The notes: generated by a model from the letters alone, not told the origin. Counted from the first letter of the stretch, positions 9,049 through 19,340 are shown. The stretch is DNA of 64,000 nt from an archaeon (GCA_020057295.1 JAGVGF010000006.1:1-64000), one strand, 5' to 3'. Numbers and translations are program-made.

Positions 9049-10293
9049 ATGAATAAGAACATAATGTTTATTGTAACAATGTTATTTGTACTATTAATAG
9101 TACCAATAGTAAGTGCTGAGGTAGGAATAGATCTTACATTAAGTAAATACGAACCATTTCCAGCATCTCCTGGACAGGTTGTAAAAGTATGGCTATTAGT
9201 GCAAAATACAGGAGATACTGACGCTAAAGATGTAGTAATACAATTAGCGCCTCAAGCACCATTTAGTTTGTACAATCAGGCTAGTGATACTAAAACCATT
9301 CCTATACTGGGTGCACAAAAAGATTACTTAATCGACTTTAATGTAAAAGTTGATGATAATGCAGCACAAGGATATAACAATTTAAAAGTTAAGTATAGCT
9401 ATGGCGCAAATCCTTCAATGCAAGATAGAAATTTACAAATATATATTCAGGCAAAGGATGCAACATTAGGAATTGAAAGTGTTAAAGTTGATCCTGCTGA
9501 GATTAGTCCTGGTAGTGATGGTAAAATAACTATTACTGTAAAGAATAATGCACCAGCATCAATGACTGATTTAACTCTAAAATTACAATTGCAAGCAATA
9601 GTTGGATCAACAGTTGTTGATTTACCATTTGCTCCAATGGACTCGAGCGTAGAACATAAAGAATATCTATTAGAGCCAGGAAAAAGTGCAGACTTCACAT
9701 ATACTTTAAGAGTATATCCTGATGCTGTATCCAAGGTCTATAAGATACCATTTAGTTTAACATATTACGACAGTATTGGTACACAACGTAATAAAACTGA
9801 CTTTATTGGCGTAGTTGTCAATAGCGTTCCTGATCTTTCTGTGTTAATCGATAAGACAGATCTTTCAGAACAAGTTAAAACAGGATCAGTAACATTAAAA
9901 ATTGTTAACAAAGGTTTGAGTGATATTAAATTTCTGAACATAATAATGCGTAGCAGTCAAGATTATGAATTATTGTCAAATTCTGACACTACATATGTTG
10001 GTAATTTAGTATCTGATGATTATCAAACTGCCGAGTATAAAATTAATGTCAAAACAACCAAGAACCAATTAGCAATACCAATAACAATACAATATAGAGA
10101 TGCTAACAACAAATATTACGAGAAAAATGTTAATGTTGCATTGAATCTTATTGATAGCAATAAATTAAATCCTACAAAAGGCGTTGCAGGCTATTCATGG
10201 ATAACTATAATAGTTGTCTTATTGATTATCGGCGGTATTTGGTACTACTTCAAAAACAAAAACAAGAAGAATAAGAAAGGTCAAATATACTAA
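9049..10293 (+). CDS. COG1361-type S-layer/Ig-domain membrane-anchored protein
   Basis: Signal peptide, three beta-rich repeats (P..PG..V...N.G), C-terminal TM plus Lys tail; inside ABC operon. Confidence 0.8.
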   Translation: MNKNIMFIVTMLFVLLIVPIVSAEVGIDLTLSKYEPFPASPGQVVKVWLLVQNTGDTDAKDVVIQLAPQAPFSLYNQASDTKTIPILGAQKDYLIDFNVKVDDNAAQGYNNLKVKYSYGANPSMQDRNLQIYIQAKDATLGIESVKVDPAEISPGSDGKITITVKNNAPASMTDLTLKLQLQAIVGSTVVDLPFAPMDSSVEHKEYLLEPGKSADFTYTLRVYPDAVSKVYKIPFSLTYYDSIGTQRNKTDFIGVVVNSVPDLSVLIDKTDLSEQVKTGSVTLKIVNKGLSDIKFLNIIMRSSQDYELLSNSDTTYVGNLVSDDYQTAEYKINVKTTKNQLAIPITIQYRDANNKYYEKNVNVALNLIDSNKLNPTKGVAGYSWITIIVVLLIIGGIWYYFKNKNKKNKKGQIY

Positions 10294-10381
10294 TAATTCT
10301 TTTTTATTTTAATTATTTTTATTTTAATAAGCATTCATTTAATTTTTAAAAATATTTTTTAATTAATATGTTAGTGATAAA

Positions 10382-11617
10382 ATGTTCAAAGACTACTTCA
10401 AACTAGCGTGGGAAAATATTACACATAGAAAGGTTAGATCATGGCTAACGATTATAGGTATAGTCATAGGAATAGCAGCCGTTGTTGCGCTTATAAGTTT
10501 AGGACAAGGTGTAAAGAAAGTTATTACAGATGAATTTGCAAAAGCTGGTACTGACAAAATATATGTGTTACCGGGAGGAGGACTTTCCTCTGGACCGCCA
10601 GGAAGCGTTAAAGGACTACAACCCTTAACAGAACACGACACTGAAGTTGTAAGAAGAACTAAAGGAGTGAGAGAAGCCACAGGAATATTACAGAAACCTG
10701 GAAAAATAGAGTATAATAAAAAAATATATTTCTCGTCAGTTGTTGGAATGCCACTTGATGGAACTCAAAAATTACTTGAAGAAGCATATAATTTCGAATA
10801 TACTGTTGGAAGAGGATTAAAATCAGGAGACAAATATAAATTAGTTATTGGTAGTGATCTTGCTAAAGGTAAAACACTCGGTAAACCATTGACTGTTGGT
10901 GATAGATTAAAGATTGAAGGTCAAGAATTTGAAGTTATTGGGCAATTAAAATCCATGGGTGATCCAGGTATTGATGGCGCAATAGTTATTCCTAAAGAAA
11001 CGTCACAGGAATTGTTTAAAGTCAATTATCCTCAAGGACATGAAGAGTCACAAATAATTGCACGTACAGAAATTGGGGAAGATCCTTCTGTTATTGCTGA
11101 AAATATTAAAAGAGAACTTCGTAGAAGTCGTGATGTTAAAGAAGGTGAAGAAGATTTTTCTGTTCAAACTACTGAACAATTGTTAGCATCATTTGGAGTG
11201 ATACTTGATGCATTATCAGCAATAGTTATAGGAATTGCTGCTATAAGTTTATTTGTAGGCGGTGTTGGTATAATGAACACAATGTATACAGCAGTATTGC
11301 AAAGGACTAATGAGATTGGTGTAATGAAAGCTATAGGCGCGAAAAATTCTCATATATTAACCATATTTCTAATAGAATCAGGAATGCTAGGATTAATTGG
11401 TGGAGTGATAGGATTATTAATTGGAATGGGTCTTAGTTCATTAATCGCATTTGTTGGTAGAACATTCTTAGACACACAATTATTATACGCATATTTCCCT
11501 TGGTATTTAATACTTGGAGCATTATCATTTGCATTTATTGTAGGAGCACTATCAGGGATATTGCCTGCAATACAGGCATCGAGGCAAAGTCCTGTAGAGG
11601 CATTACGTTACGAGTAA
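10382..11617 (+). CDS. MacB/FtsX-type ABC permease
   Basis: RSWLTIIGIVIGI, GGVGIMNTM...R.EIGVMKAIGA, PVEALRYE. Confidence 0.95.
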   Translation: MFKDYFKLAWENITHRKVRSWLTIIGIVIGIAAVVALISLGQGVKKVITDEFAKAGTDKIYVLPGGGLSSGPPGSVKGLQPLTEHDTEVVRRTKGVREATGILQKPGKIEYNKKIYFSSVVGMPLDGTQKLLEEAYNFEYTVGRGLKSGDKYKLVIGSDLAKGKTLGKPLTVGDRLKIEGQEFEVIGQLKSMGDPGIDGAIVIPKETSQELFKVNYPQGHEESQIIARTEIGEDPSVIAENIKRELRRSRDVKEGEEDFSVQTTEQLLASFGVILDALSAIVIGIAAISLFVGGVGIMNTMYTAVLQRTNEIGVMKAIGAKNSHILTIFLIESGMLGLIGGVIGLLIGMGLSSLIAFVGRTFLDTQLLYAYFPWYLILGALSFAFIVGALSGILPAIQASRQSPVEALRYE

Positions 11618-11627
11618 GGAGAATAAG

Positions 11628-12842
11628 ATGATTTTAGATTATTTAAAATTGGCTATTGAAAATATTTTACATCGTCAACTTAGAGCATGGCTTACTGTTC
11701 TTGGAATAGTTATTGGAATAGCAGCAGTTGTAGCATTAGTAAGTTTGGGTCAAGGTCTACAATATACTGTTGAACAACAATTTGTAAAAATAGGTGCAGA
11801 CAAAATAACCATACAAGCTAAGGGAGTTCAAGGAGCTCCTGGAACAAGTTCTGGAAATACTATTTTAACAAAAGATGATTATGATGTCGTACGAAAAAGT
11901 TCAGGAGTCTACGGTGTAGTAGAAGTATTAGCCAGATTTGGTAAAATAGAATTTAATAAAAAAATAAAATATACTTATGTTAGAGGATTACCGCTTGATG
12001 ATACAAAGAATATTTATCTCGAAACAGGAGTGTACGATGTTGACCAAGGAAGATTCCTTCGAAATGGAGATAAAAATAAAGTCGTTGTTGGATCAGAATT
12101 TGCTAAAGAGGTAAATTTTGGAAAACCTATAATAGTAAACGAAAAAATAAAGATTAATGATAAAGAATATACTGTTATAGGAATATTCAAAGCAGGAGGC
12201 AATCCAGGAATATCACAGGCAGTAGTGATGACTCTAGATGATGCTAGAGAATTGTATAGCGAACCAGATGAAGTAAGTATGATGCAAGTTAAAGTTAATG
12301 ATGCAAAAGATATTGATAAAACAGTTGAAAATATAAAAAAAGATTTACGAAGACATCGTAATGTTAAAGAAGGTCAAGAAGATTTTACTGTTCAATCTAC
12401 AAAACAATTTATAGAATCATTTCTAGTTGTGTTCAATGTTATTACTGTTCTTCTAGTTGGTCTTGCATCAATATCACTACTAGTTGGAGCGATAGGAATA
12501 GCTAACACTATGTATACAGCAGTATTAGAAAGAAATAGAGAAATAGGTGTAATGAAAAGTATCGGCGCTAGAAATTCTCAAATATTAACCATATTCTTAA
12601 TAGAATCAGCATTGATAGGTTTACTAGGAGGTATTATAGGTGTAATATTAGGAGCTATAATAAGTAAAGGTGCAGAAATTGCTATAGGTGGATTTTTGGG
12701 ACCTGGATTTTTTATGGTATTTTTACCATGGTGGTTATTAGTTGGAGCTGCAATGTTTGCACTAATTATTGGAACAATTTCAGGAATCCTACCAGCAAAA
12801 CAAGCTTCATCGTTAAATCCTGTAGACGCGTTAAGAGGATGA
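11628..12842 (+). CDS. MacB/FtsX-type ABC permease (paralogue)
   Basis: Same motifs as upstream permease. Confidence 0.95.
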   Translation: MILDYLKLAIENILHRQLRAWLTVLGIVIGIAAVVALVSLGQGLQYTVEQQFVKIGADKITIQAKGVQGAPGTSSGNTILTKDDYDVVRKSSGVYGVVEVLARFGKIEFNKKIKYTYVRGLPLDDTKNIYLETGVYDVDQGRFLRNGDKNKVVVGSEFAKEVNFGKPIIVNEKIKINDKEYTVIGIFKAGGNPGISQAVVMTLDDARELYSEPDEVSMMQVKVNDAKDIDKTVENIKKDLRRHRNVKEGQEDFTVQSTKQFIESFLVVFNVITVLLVGLASISLLVGAIGIANTMYTAVLERNREIGVMKSIGARNSQILTIFLIESALIGLLGGIIGVILGAIISKGAEIAIGGFLGPGFFMVFLPWWLLVGAAMFALIIGTISGILPAKQASSLNPVDALRG

Positions 12843-12871
12843 GTCATAAAAATTATAAATAACAACATACA

Positions 12872-13549
12872 ATGTATATCATGAAACAAAAATTTTACGA
12901 CAACAAAAAATTATTGCTTGAGCTAATACCATTATTACTTGTTTTATGTACATTCATAATTGCATGGTACGTTTATCCAATACTTCCAAACAAAATTCCT
13001 TCTCACTGGAACGCTGCAGGACAAGTTGATTCGTACAGCCAGAAAGCGAGTATTTTTGTTCTTCCAATAATATTTTTAGTAGTATTAATATTATTGTTTG
13101 TGCTACCAATACTAGAGGTATTTAGAGATAATATGTTGAAGATATATACATATTATTATTGGTTTAAGATACTCTTCGGAGTATTTTTTACAGTACTATT
13201 TATCTCTACGATTTTGCCAAATTTTGGTTATAACATTAATGTTGCAAAAATAGTTATGTTAATGATAGGAATATTATTCACAGGCTTGGGAATAATACTA
13301 CCTAAGCTTAAGAGAAATTTTATATTCGGTATAAGAACCGGATGGACTTTAAGTAATGATAAAGTTTGGGAGAAGACACACAAAGTTGGAGGGATATTAT
13401 TTTTAATATTAGGTATAATAACAATAATAATATCGTATTTATTAGCTCTTGAAGTATTATTTTATATTTTTATAACACTAACTATATTAATAAGTGTTTT
13501 CCTTGTATTTTATTCATATTATCTATACAGAAATATTGTGAAAAGGTGA
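12872..13549 (+). CDS. SdpI family / DUF1648 membrane protein
   Basis: LP..IP.HWN..G.VD; N..FGIRT.WTLS...W.KTH. Confidence 0.88.
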   Translation: MYIMKQKFYDNKKLLLELIPLLLVLCTFIIAWYVYPILPNKIPSHWNAAGQVDSYSQKASIFVLPIIFLVVLILLFVLPILEVFRDNMLKIYTYYYWFKILFGVFFTVLFISTILPNFGYNINVAKIVMLMIGILFTGLGIILPKLKRNFIFGIRTGWTLSNDKVWEKTHKVGGILFLILGIITIIISYLLALEVLFYIFITLTILISVFLVFYSYYLYRNIVKR

Positions 13550-13555
13550 GTTAAG

Positions 13556-14128
13556 ATGAAATTGTCTGGATGGATTTGGTTGATTGTTGGAATAATAATT
13601 TCTCTAGTTTCAGGATATGTGTATTGGTTCATTCCAAAGGATGGCAAACCAAATATGGCAATGGCATTTTTCTTTTTTATAGGGATAATATTTATACTTG
13701 TAGGAATAATTAAACTATTTTTTAAAAGTATGAGTGAAAAAAAATCAATGATGGACTCTATAGAAAAACCTGAATCTGAAATTGCTGAAAAGACTATTGT
13801 AATAAATACTCCTAATGCTATTGATCAGGCTGTCAATCAAATGGCTCAAACACAACAGACTGGTTCGCAAATTCCTACTCAAACTCAGCAACGAGCACAC
13901 ACGCAATCTAATACAAAACATAATAATACATTCTATAAAACGCATGAATATAAAGGTCCTGTACGTTCTGTACCATCAACAAATACACAGAATAGTCCTC
14001 AACAAGCACATCACGCTACACCACATCATGTACAAAATTCTGAACATGGTCTTAAATGTAAAAAATGTGGCGATGTTAATGCAGGTCATGCTAATTATTG
14101 TCACAAATGTGGGAATAGACTAAAATAA
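13556..14128 (+). CDS. 2-TM protein with C-terminal zinc ribbon
   Basis: Two TMs, Gln/Thr/His-rich linker, CKKCG...YCHKCG. Confidence 0.85.
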   Translation: MKLSGWIWLIVGIIISLVSGYVYWFIPKDGKPNMAMAFFFFIGIIFILVGIIKLFFKSMSEKKSMMDSIEKPESEIAEKTIVINTPNAIDQAVNQMAQTQQTGSQIPTQTQQRAHTQSNTKHNNTFYKTHEYKGPVRSVPSTNTQNSPQQAHHATPHHVQNSEHGLKCKKCGDVNAGHANYCHKCGNRLK

Positions 14129-14165
14129 ACAATATTTTTAAATACTAATTCTCGTTAGTATCATT

Positions 14166-14858
14166 ATGAATACTCTTGAGGCCATAAACAATAGGCGTTC
14201 TGTGCGTAGATACTTGGATAGGCCTGTAGAGTTTGAAAAAATTACGACAATTCTTGACGCTGCAAGAAAAGCTCCAACTGCAGGCAACTTACAGGACTGG
14301 AGATTTATTATAGTTTCTGATCGTGGATTAATTAAACAAGTCGCGTCATATTCTATTGAACAATATTGGATTCAAACCGCACCACTGCTAATTATAGTAT
14401 GTGCTGTTCCTGAAAAACATGAAATGTATTACGGCCTTAGAGGTAAAAGATTATATAATATTCAAGATTGCGCAGCAGCAATACAAAACATTCTGTTAGC
14501 ATCAACAGATTTAGGATTAGGAAGTTGTTGGGTTGGCGCTTTTGAAGAGGATAAATTAAGAGCATTATTCGGAATTCCAGTAGAAGTAAGACCTCAAGCA
14601 TTTGTTACACTAGGATATAGCGATGAAGTTCCAAAAGATAGACAACTTGTACCAATCGAAAATATAGTATACTTCAACAGATACGATGCTAAGGTTGAGA
14701 AACTACACATACTATTAAGAGATTATGCAGTTGAATGGCAGAAACAAGGAGAAAATATTAAACACGGTACCAGAAGACACTTCAAAAGAATAGGCGAAGA
14801 ATTACAGAGAATAGGAACTAAAGTAAAAGAAAAATTACAAAAGAAGAAGAAAGTTTAA
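14166..14858 (+). CDS. Nitroreductase family protein
   Basis: RRSVRRY, APTAGNLQDW, GLGSCWVG, TLGY. Confidence 0.92.
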   Translation: MNTLEAINNRRSVRRYLDRPVEFEKITTILDAARKAPTAGNLQDWRFIIVSDRGLIKQVASYSIEQYWIQTAPLLIIVCAVPEKHEMYYGLRGKRLYNIQDCAAAIQNILLASTDLGLGSCWVGAFEEDKLRALFGIPVEVRPQAFVTLGYSDEVPKDRQLVPIENIVYFNRYDAKVEKLHILLRDYAVEWQKQGENIKHGTRRHFKRIGEELQRIGTKVKEKLQKKKKV

Positions 14859-14903
14859 GATTTTTCTAGAAATTAAAAATTATAAAAAAAATAAAAATAC
14901 AAT

Positions 14904-15392
14904 TTAGAACTCTTCTGAGTCTTGTGTTGTATCGTACTGTTGTTCAGGTTCTTCTGTTGTTTCGCCTTCTGGTGCTGATTCTGTGCCTGCTTCTTCTGTT
15001 GTTTCTGCTGCTGGTGCACTAGTTGTTTCTGCGCCTGCTTCTTCAAATGCTCCTATTACTTCAGCGAATGCTACTTTCTTTGCTACCTTTTTGATTCTGA
15101 TTTTGACTTTGTCCTGAACTTTTGTTCCTGGAACAAATATTACGAATCCTTGCTTCTTAGCAACACCGTCGCCTTTCTCTGCAACTGATTCTATGACAAC
15201 GCTTAACTCTTCGCCCTCTTTAACAGGTACGAATCCGCTTCCGCCGCCGCCACCGTAACTTCGACCGCCACCGCCGCCACCATAGCCGCCGCCACTACTT
15301 CGACCGCCACCGCCACCGCCGTAACCGCCACTACTTCGACCGCCACCGCCGCCGAAACTTCTTCTTTCTCCTCTATCTCTTCCATATTCCAT
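14904..15392 (-). CDS. TRAM-domain RNA-binding protein with Gly-rich N-terminus and acidic tail
   Basis: PVKEGEE..V.IE....KGDGVAK..GFVIFVP; start moved to MEYG, behind GGTGT SD-like motif. Confidence 0.88.
   Translation of the reverse strand: MEYGRDRGERRSFGGGGGRSSGGYGGGGGGRSSGGGYGGGGGGRSYGGGGGSGFVPVKEGEELSVVIESVAEKGDGVAKKQGFVIFVPGTKVQDKVKIRIKKVAKKVAFAEVIGAFEEAGAETTSAPAAETTEEAGTESAPEGETTEEPEQQYDTTQDSEEF
15240..15354 (-). repeat. Intragenic GC-rich tandem repeats encoding GGGGGRS(S/Y)G units
   Basis: Three copies of acttcgaccgccaccgcc on + strand. Confidence 0.85.
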
Positions 15393-15602
15393 TTCATACA
15401 CCTTTAAGTTATTGGAGTATATCACTGCCTAGAACAAGATAACAATCTCTAAATTTTATTTAGAATTAGTACACATTGCCCTAACATAACATTGACTCCT
15501 ATACAACCTACTAATACATCATCTTTTATAAATTTTATGAAGAAAAGCTTTAAATATAAGCATTCACAGGAACAATTATAATAATTCAAAAGGTGATTAA
15601 GA

Positions 15603-16169
15603 ATGGGTAGAGATGAAAGTTCAATAACAAAATCGACATTAAGTCCTGAGGATTTAATCAAACAATTAAAATCAGACATGAAATCATATAACGAAATTCT
15701 AGATGGATTTAGCGCATGGCTAAAGACAAGAAAAGTGCATAAGGATACAGAAGTATTAACAAATATGGCTAAAAAGATATCTGATGATACAAACAGATTA
15801 AAATTAGGCATAGCTGGTCAAGATTACAGATTTCATGAAGAAACAATAGAGGCGGGGAAAAAATTTTCTAATTTTTGTGCAGAGATTAAGAAAAAATTTC
15901 CTAACTACACTTACGAATATCAATCCAGCCAGAATATTTGTACAGGGGTAAGAATAATAGAAAAAAGATCTTTTAGAAAAGATATCAATGTAGCAGAAAT
16001 CTGGGTATCAATAAGAATCTTTGATGATAGAGTAAGTACCGATACGTATTTAAATATAAAAAGAGATAACAAATATAACGAACTAAAAACAGATTTAATA
16101 ATGAATCTAGTAGAAAAATTTGGAAAAAATCCTGTGTTAGTGGAATCTGATGAAGTTAGGTTCAGATAG
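15603..16169 (+). CDS. Hypothetical protein, paralogue of 16576..17151
   Basis: QLKSDMKSYNEIL...KKISDD vs QLKEDLKTFSEIL...KKISDD. Confidence 0.8.
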   Translation: MGRDESSITKSTLSPEDLIKQLKSDMKSYNEILDGFSAWLKTRKVHKDTEVLTNMAKKISDDTNRLKLGIAGQDYRFHEETIEAGKKFSNFCAEIKKKFPNYTYEYQSSQNICTGVRIIEKRSFRKDINVAEIWVSIRIFDDRVSTDTYLNIKRDNKYNELKTDLIMNLVEKFGKNPVLVESDEVRFR

Positions 16170-16205
16170 AGTTAGGAAAAATAATAATTCAAAAGGTGAT
16201 TAAGA

Positions 16206-16544
16206 ATGGGCGGATTTCCAGAAGGGACAAATATCATAGAAGAAAATGTTAGAGCTATAGGAACTCAGATCAAAAATGATTTCCGAATGTTTGATGTTGC
16301 AATTCTAAAAGATAGTTTTAGTATATCTAAAACAACAGGATATTTTTGGAATAGAAAAACTACACAATTAGCAGAATTTGTTGTATCACAGGAAGGAGAT
16401 AAACTCGTTATAAAATTTGCAATAATAAATGATAATACATTAGATTATGTGAAAAGCAGAGTGATATTTTTATCACAACAATTATTTAAACAGAATCCTA
16501 CATTAATAGAAGGCAAACCTCTAGCTAGGGGAATGATGGGTTAA
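16206..16544 (+). CDS. Hypothetical protein (C-terminal-domain-only paralogue)
   Basis: DYVKS...QQLFKQNP resembles neighbours' C-termini; strong SD. Confidence 0.75.
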   Translation: MGGFPEGTNIIEENVRAIGTQIKNDFRMFDVAILKDSFSISKTTGYFWNRKTTQLAEFVVSQEGDKLVIKFAIINDNTLDYVKSRVIFLSQQLFKQNPTLIEGKPLARGMMG

Positions 16545-16575
16545 GTATTATATTAAAAAATAAAGGTGATTAAGA

Positions 16576-17151
16576 ATGAGTGCAACAGATGGAATAGAAC
16601 CAAAAGATATAGCAACCAGTAAAATAACTCAATTGAAAGAAGATCTTAAAACATTTTCAGAAATACTACAAGGCATAAATGTTCAAGTTAAGGCAGTCGA
16701 TAAAGATAAAGGTATTAGTGCGCAAGATACTAAAATCGCTGAATTAACTCGACTCGGTAAAAAAATAAGCGATGATGCGTACGAGCTAAATTCTGCAATT
16801 ATAGCTTTAGATTTCGAAGCTAAAAAACAAAATAGAGAATTAGAAGTAAAAATGGAAAATATTAGAGCTGTTCTACGTCAATTCGAACATCAAATTAAAG
16901 GATTTGAAATAGAAAATAATGTTCATGAAGGACATCCTAGCATAGTATTAAAAACTTCTTCAGGATTTGTCTTTACACAAAAAAGAACCGTCTTAAGTCT
17001 TTCAGTGCCAAAAGCAGGCGAAAAACCTCAAGTATTCTTATGGATAGACGGGGATCCTAAGTGGGATTATATAAAGAAAAGTGTTACTGAAGAGATTCAA
17101 AGACAATTTAGAGTAGATCCTATAATTACTATAGGCCAATATAGCAATTAA
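16576..17151 (+). CDS. Hypothetical protein, paralogue of 15603..16169
   Basis: Shared N-terminal helix and C-terminal DYIK...F..DP motif. Confidence 0.8.
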   Translation: MSATDGIEPKDIATSKITQLKEDLKTFSEILQGINVQVKAVDKDKGISAQDTKIAELTRLGKKISDDAYELNSAIIALDFEAKKQNRELEVKMENIRAVLRQFEHQIKGFEIENNVHEGHPSIVLKTSSGFVFTQKRTVLSLSVPKAGEKPQVFLWIDGDPKWDYIKKSVTEEIQRQFRVDPIITIGQYSN

Positions 17152-17246
17152 AAGTATAAATTTTCTTTTCTATTTTTTATATTTGAAATATAAGAATAAA
17201 GTATATAAAGAGAAATACTCGTTTACAAATAGAAAGAGGCGAGAAT

Positions 17247-19280
17247 GTGAGTGAATTATTTAAGATTATTCAAGTTACTCCAAATGATACTACGAAAATT
17301 CTAATCAAAGAAATATTTACTATAACAGTCACTCTACAATTGTTGAATCAAAAGATAGATGAAAAAGAATTTCTAAAAGATATAGATTTAGAGTTATGGA
17401 CCGACCTTAAATGTGATGAGAGTAAAAAAGTTTTCAAAGAAGATATTCAAGGATATGCTGCAAAATTAAAATTTCACAACAGAACAAACGATATATTTAC
17501 TTTCGAAAGAACATTCATCCCTAGCGAAGCAGGATTCTTTAAATTTATGGTAAGACACAAATTTAATAATTCAATAAATTGGGGATGGTTTCAAACAGAA
17601 AGTGGAAAGAAAGAAATAGAAATTCATGTCGAACCTTCTTGGTCTAGTAATACAGTAATCTATAACGCATTCGTAAGACAATTTGGTGCAATAGATAAAA
17701 ATAATGACGGAGTTATAAATCCTGGTGAGGGAGGAACTTTTAATGACTTAATTAAAAGAATGTCATATTTCAAAAAATTAGGTATAAATACTATATACTT
17801 AAATCCTATACAATCAGCTGGAGAAATATTCAAGTACAGAACTGAAGAGAGAAATTATTATGAGAATAATTTAACTAATCATTTACCTGTTCATATGCAT
17901 CCAGGAAGTGTATATTCTATTAAAGACTATAAATCAATAGATCCTGAATTAGGATTAAATGAAAATATTCCCGACACGGACCAGTATCATGAATTTAAGA
18001 GATTCTGTAAAATTTGTCATAAAAATGGCATAAGAGTAATTCTAGATATAGTTTTTGATCATACTTCAAGAGATTCGTTCATACAAAGACTTCATCCTGA
18101 ATGGTTCATCTATAAAAAAGATCCTATGTCACTAGAGGGAGAATTTATTACACACGATCATCCTGATGCAGATAAATATTGGGGTAAACCTGAACACGCA
18201 TTTAGCCCTTACGATCATGGAGTATTCTGGACAGACTGTATAATGTTAAACTGGAATTATTATTATAGTCTAGATACGCTTGCACCTGATAAGAGTAAAC
18301 CTCCAAGGAATCCATCTATCGAACAGATGAGGGATTATTTCAAAAATGTATTAATATATTGGATAAAAAATTATGGTGTTGACGGATTTAGATTAGATGT
18401 ATCATATGCTGTTCCTGCTGAATTTTGGCATGATGCAATACTTGAATGCAGAAAATCTGCAAAAAATATTTGCGAAGAAAGAGAGAAACATCCACGAGCA
18501 CAAGAAGTTGCACCTTTAAGTCCTGACATATTATTTATCGGAGAAACTTATGTAGATAAAGTAAATGAGCTACAGAATTGTGGTATAAGTGCTCTTAATG
18601 GAGATTTTTCCTCAAAGGTGTATACTGTTGAAATGCTTAAAGGTTACTTAGATTATGCATATAACATTTCAGGAAATTTCTTTCCTAATGGTTCTAGATG
18701 GTTGTTATTTCCTGAATGTCATGACTTTAATAGATTACCAAAGAAATTTGAAGGATCATTAAAAAATAAAGATTCTGATGTGAAGTTGAACAAATCGCGT
18801 TGGGTTTTAGCCGCACTTCTTCCAGGAATACCGATGCTACACAACGGGTATGAAGTTGTTGAACATGAAAATGTAAGTGTACAAACTTATTCTACGATAA
18901 ATTGGAATTCTGAAAAGAATATTTCAGCGTATATTTCAAAAGTTAATCATATCAGAAATAAATATGTTGCATTTCAGAAGGGAAAATATATCTTTGTTGA
19001 TAGCGAACAGGGAACCACTAATTCGGCACAACTTTACTCATTCATAAGATATCACCAATCTGAAAATGAAATCGAAGCATTCTTAGTTGTCGTGAACATG
19101 GATTTTAACAATAAAGTCGACGGCATTAAAATCGATTTACCAAACATACCTGGTTTCGATTTAAATAAAACTTACGAACTTACAGACTTGTTGATTGGAG
19201 AAATTCATAAACGTGAAGGCAAATTCTTAACTATAATTTTAGGTCCTGGAGAGAGTCACATCTTCAAAATAAAGCAATAA
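17247..19280 (+). CDS. GH13 alpha-amylase family glycosyl hydrolase
   Basis: LGINTIYLNPI, ILDIVFDH, GVDGFRLD (nucleophile), IGET (acid/base), ECHD, PGIPM. Confidence 0.92.
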   Translation: MSELFKIIQVTPNDTTKILIKEIFTITVTLQLLNQKIDEKEFLKDIDLELWTDLKCDESKKVFKEDIQGYAAKLKFHNRTNDIFTFERTFIPSEAGFFKFMVRHKFNNSINWGWFQTESGKKEIEIHVEPSWSSNTVIYNAFVRQFGAIDKNNDGVINPGEGGTFNDLIKRMSYFKKLGINTIYLNPIQSAGEIFKYRTEERNYYENNLTNHLPVHMHPGSVYSIKDYKSIDPELGLNENIPDTDQYHEFKRFCKICHKNGIRVILDIVFDHTSRDSFIQRLHPEWFIYKKDPMSLEGEFITHDHPDADKYWGKPEHAFSPYDHGVFWTDCIMLNWNYYYSLDTLAPDKSKPPRNPSIEQMRDYFKNVLIYWIKNYGVDGFRLDVSYAVPAEFWHDAILECRKSAKNICEEREKHPRAQEVAPLSPDILFIGETYVDKVNELQNCGISALNGDFSSKVYTVEMLKGYLDYAYNISGNFFPNGSRWLLFPECHDFNRLPKKFEGSLKNKDSDVKLNKSRWVLAALLPGIPMLHNGYEVVEHENVSVQTYSTINWNSEKNISAYISKVNHIRNKYVAFQKGKYIFVDSEQGTTNSAQLYSFIRYHQSENEIEAFLVVVNMDFNNKVDGIKIDLPNIPGFDLNKTYELTDLLIGEIHKREGKFLTIILGPGESHIFKIKQ

Positions 19281-19340
19281 TTGACAAAATCATCCTAAAA
19301 CATTAAATTTATGCAGTTCTCAAAGCCTTAAAATCCACAA

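Larger units (their letters stand above)
15578..16578 (+). repeat. Duplicated leader/RBS cassette before three consecutive genes
   Basis: ATAATAATTCAAAAGGTGATTAAGAATGGG identical at 15578-15607 and 16181-16210; AAAGGTGATTAAGAATG again at 16562-16578. Confidence 0.9.

Noticed and set aside
15240-15354. GC-rich repeats as CRISPR or ncRNA
   Set aside because: In-frame Gly/Arg/Ser codons of the TRAM gene, with no unique spacers.
15449-15811. 120-aa minus-strand ORF
   Set aside because: Antisense shadow of 15603..16169, which has an SD and a paralogue.
17692-17730. DKNNDG EF-hand-like loop in GH13 as a novelty
   Set aside because: A Dx(D/N)xDG calcium loop at this position is common in GH13.
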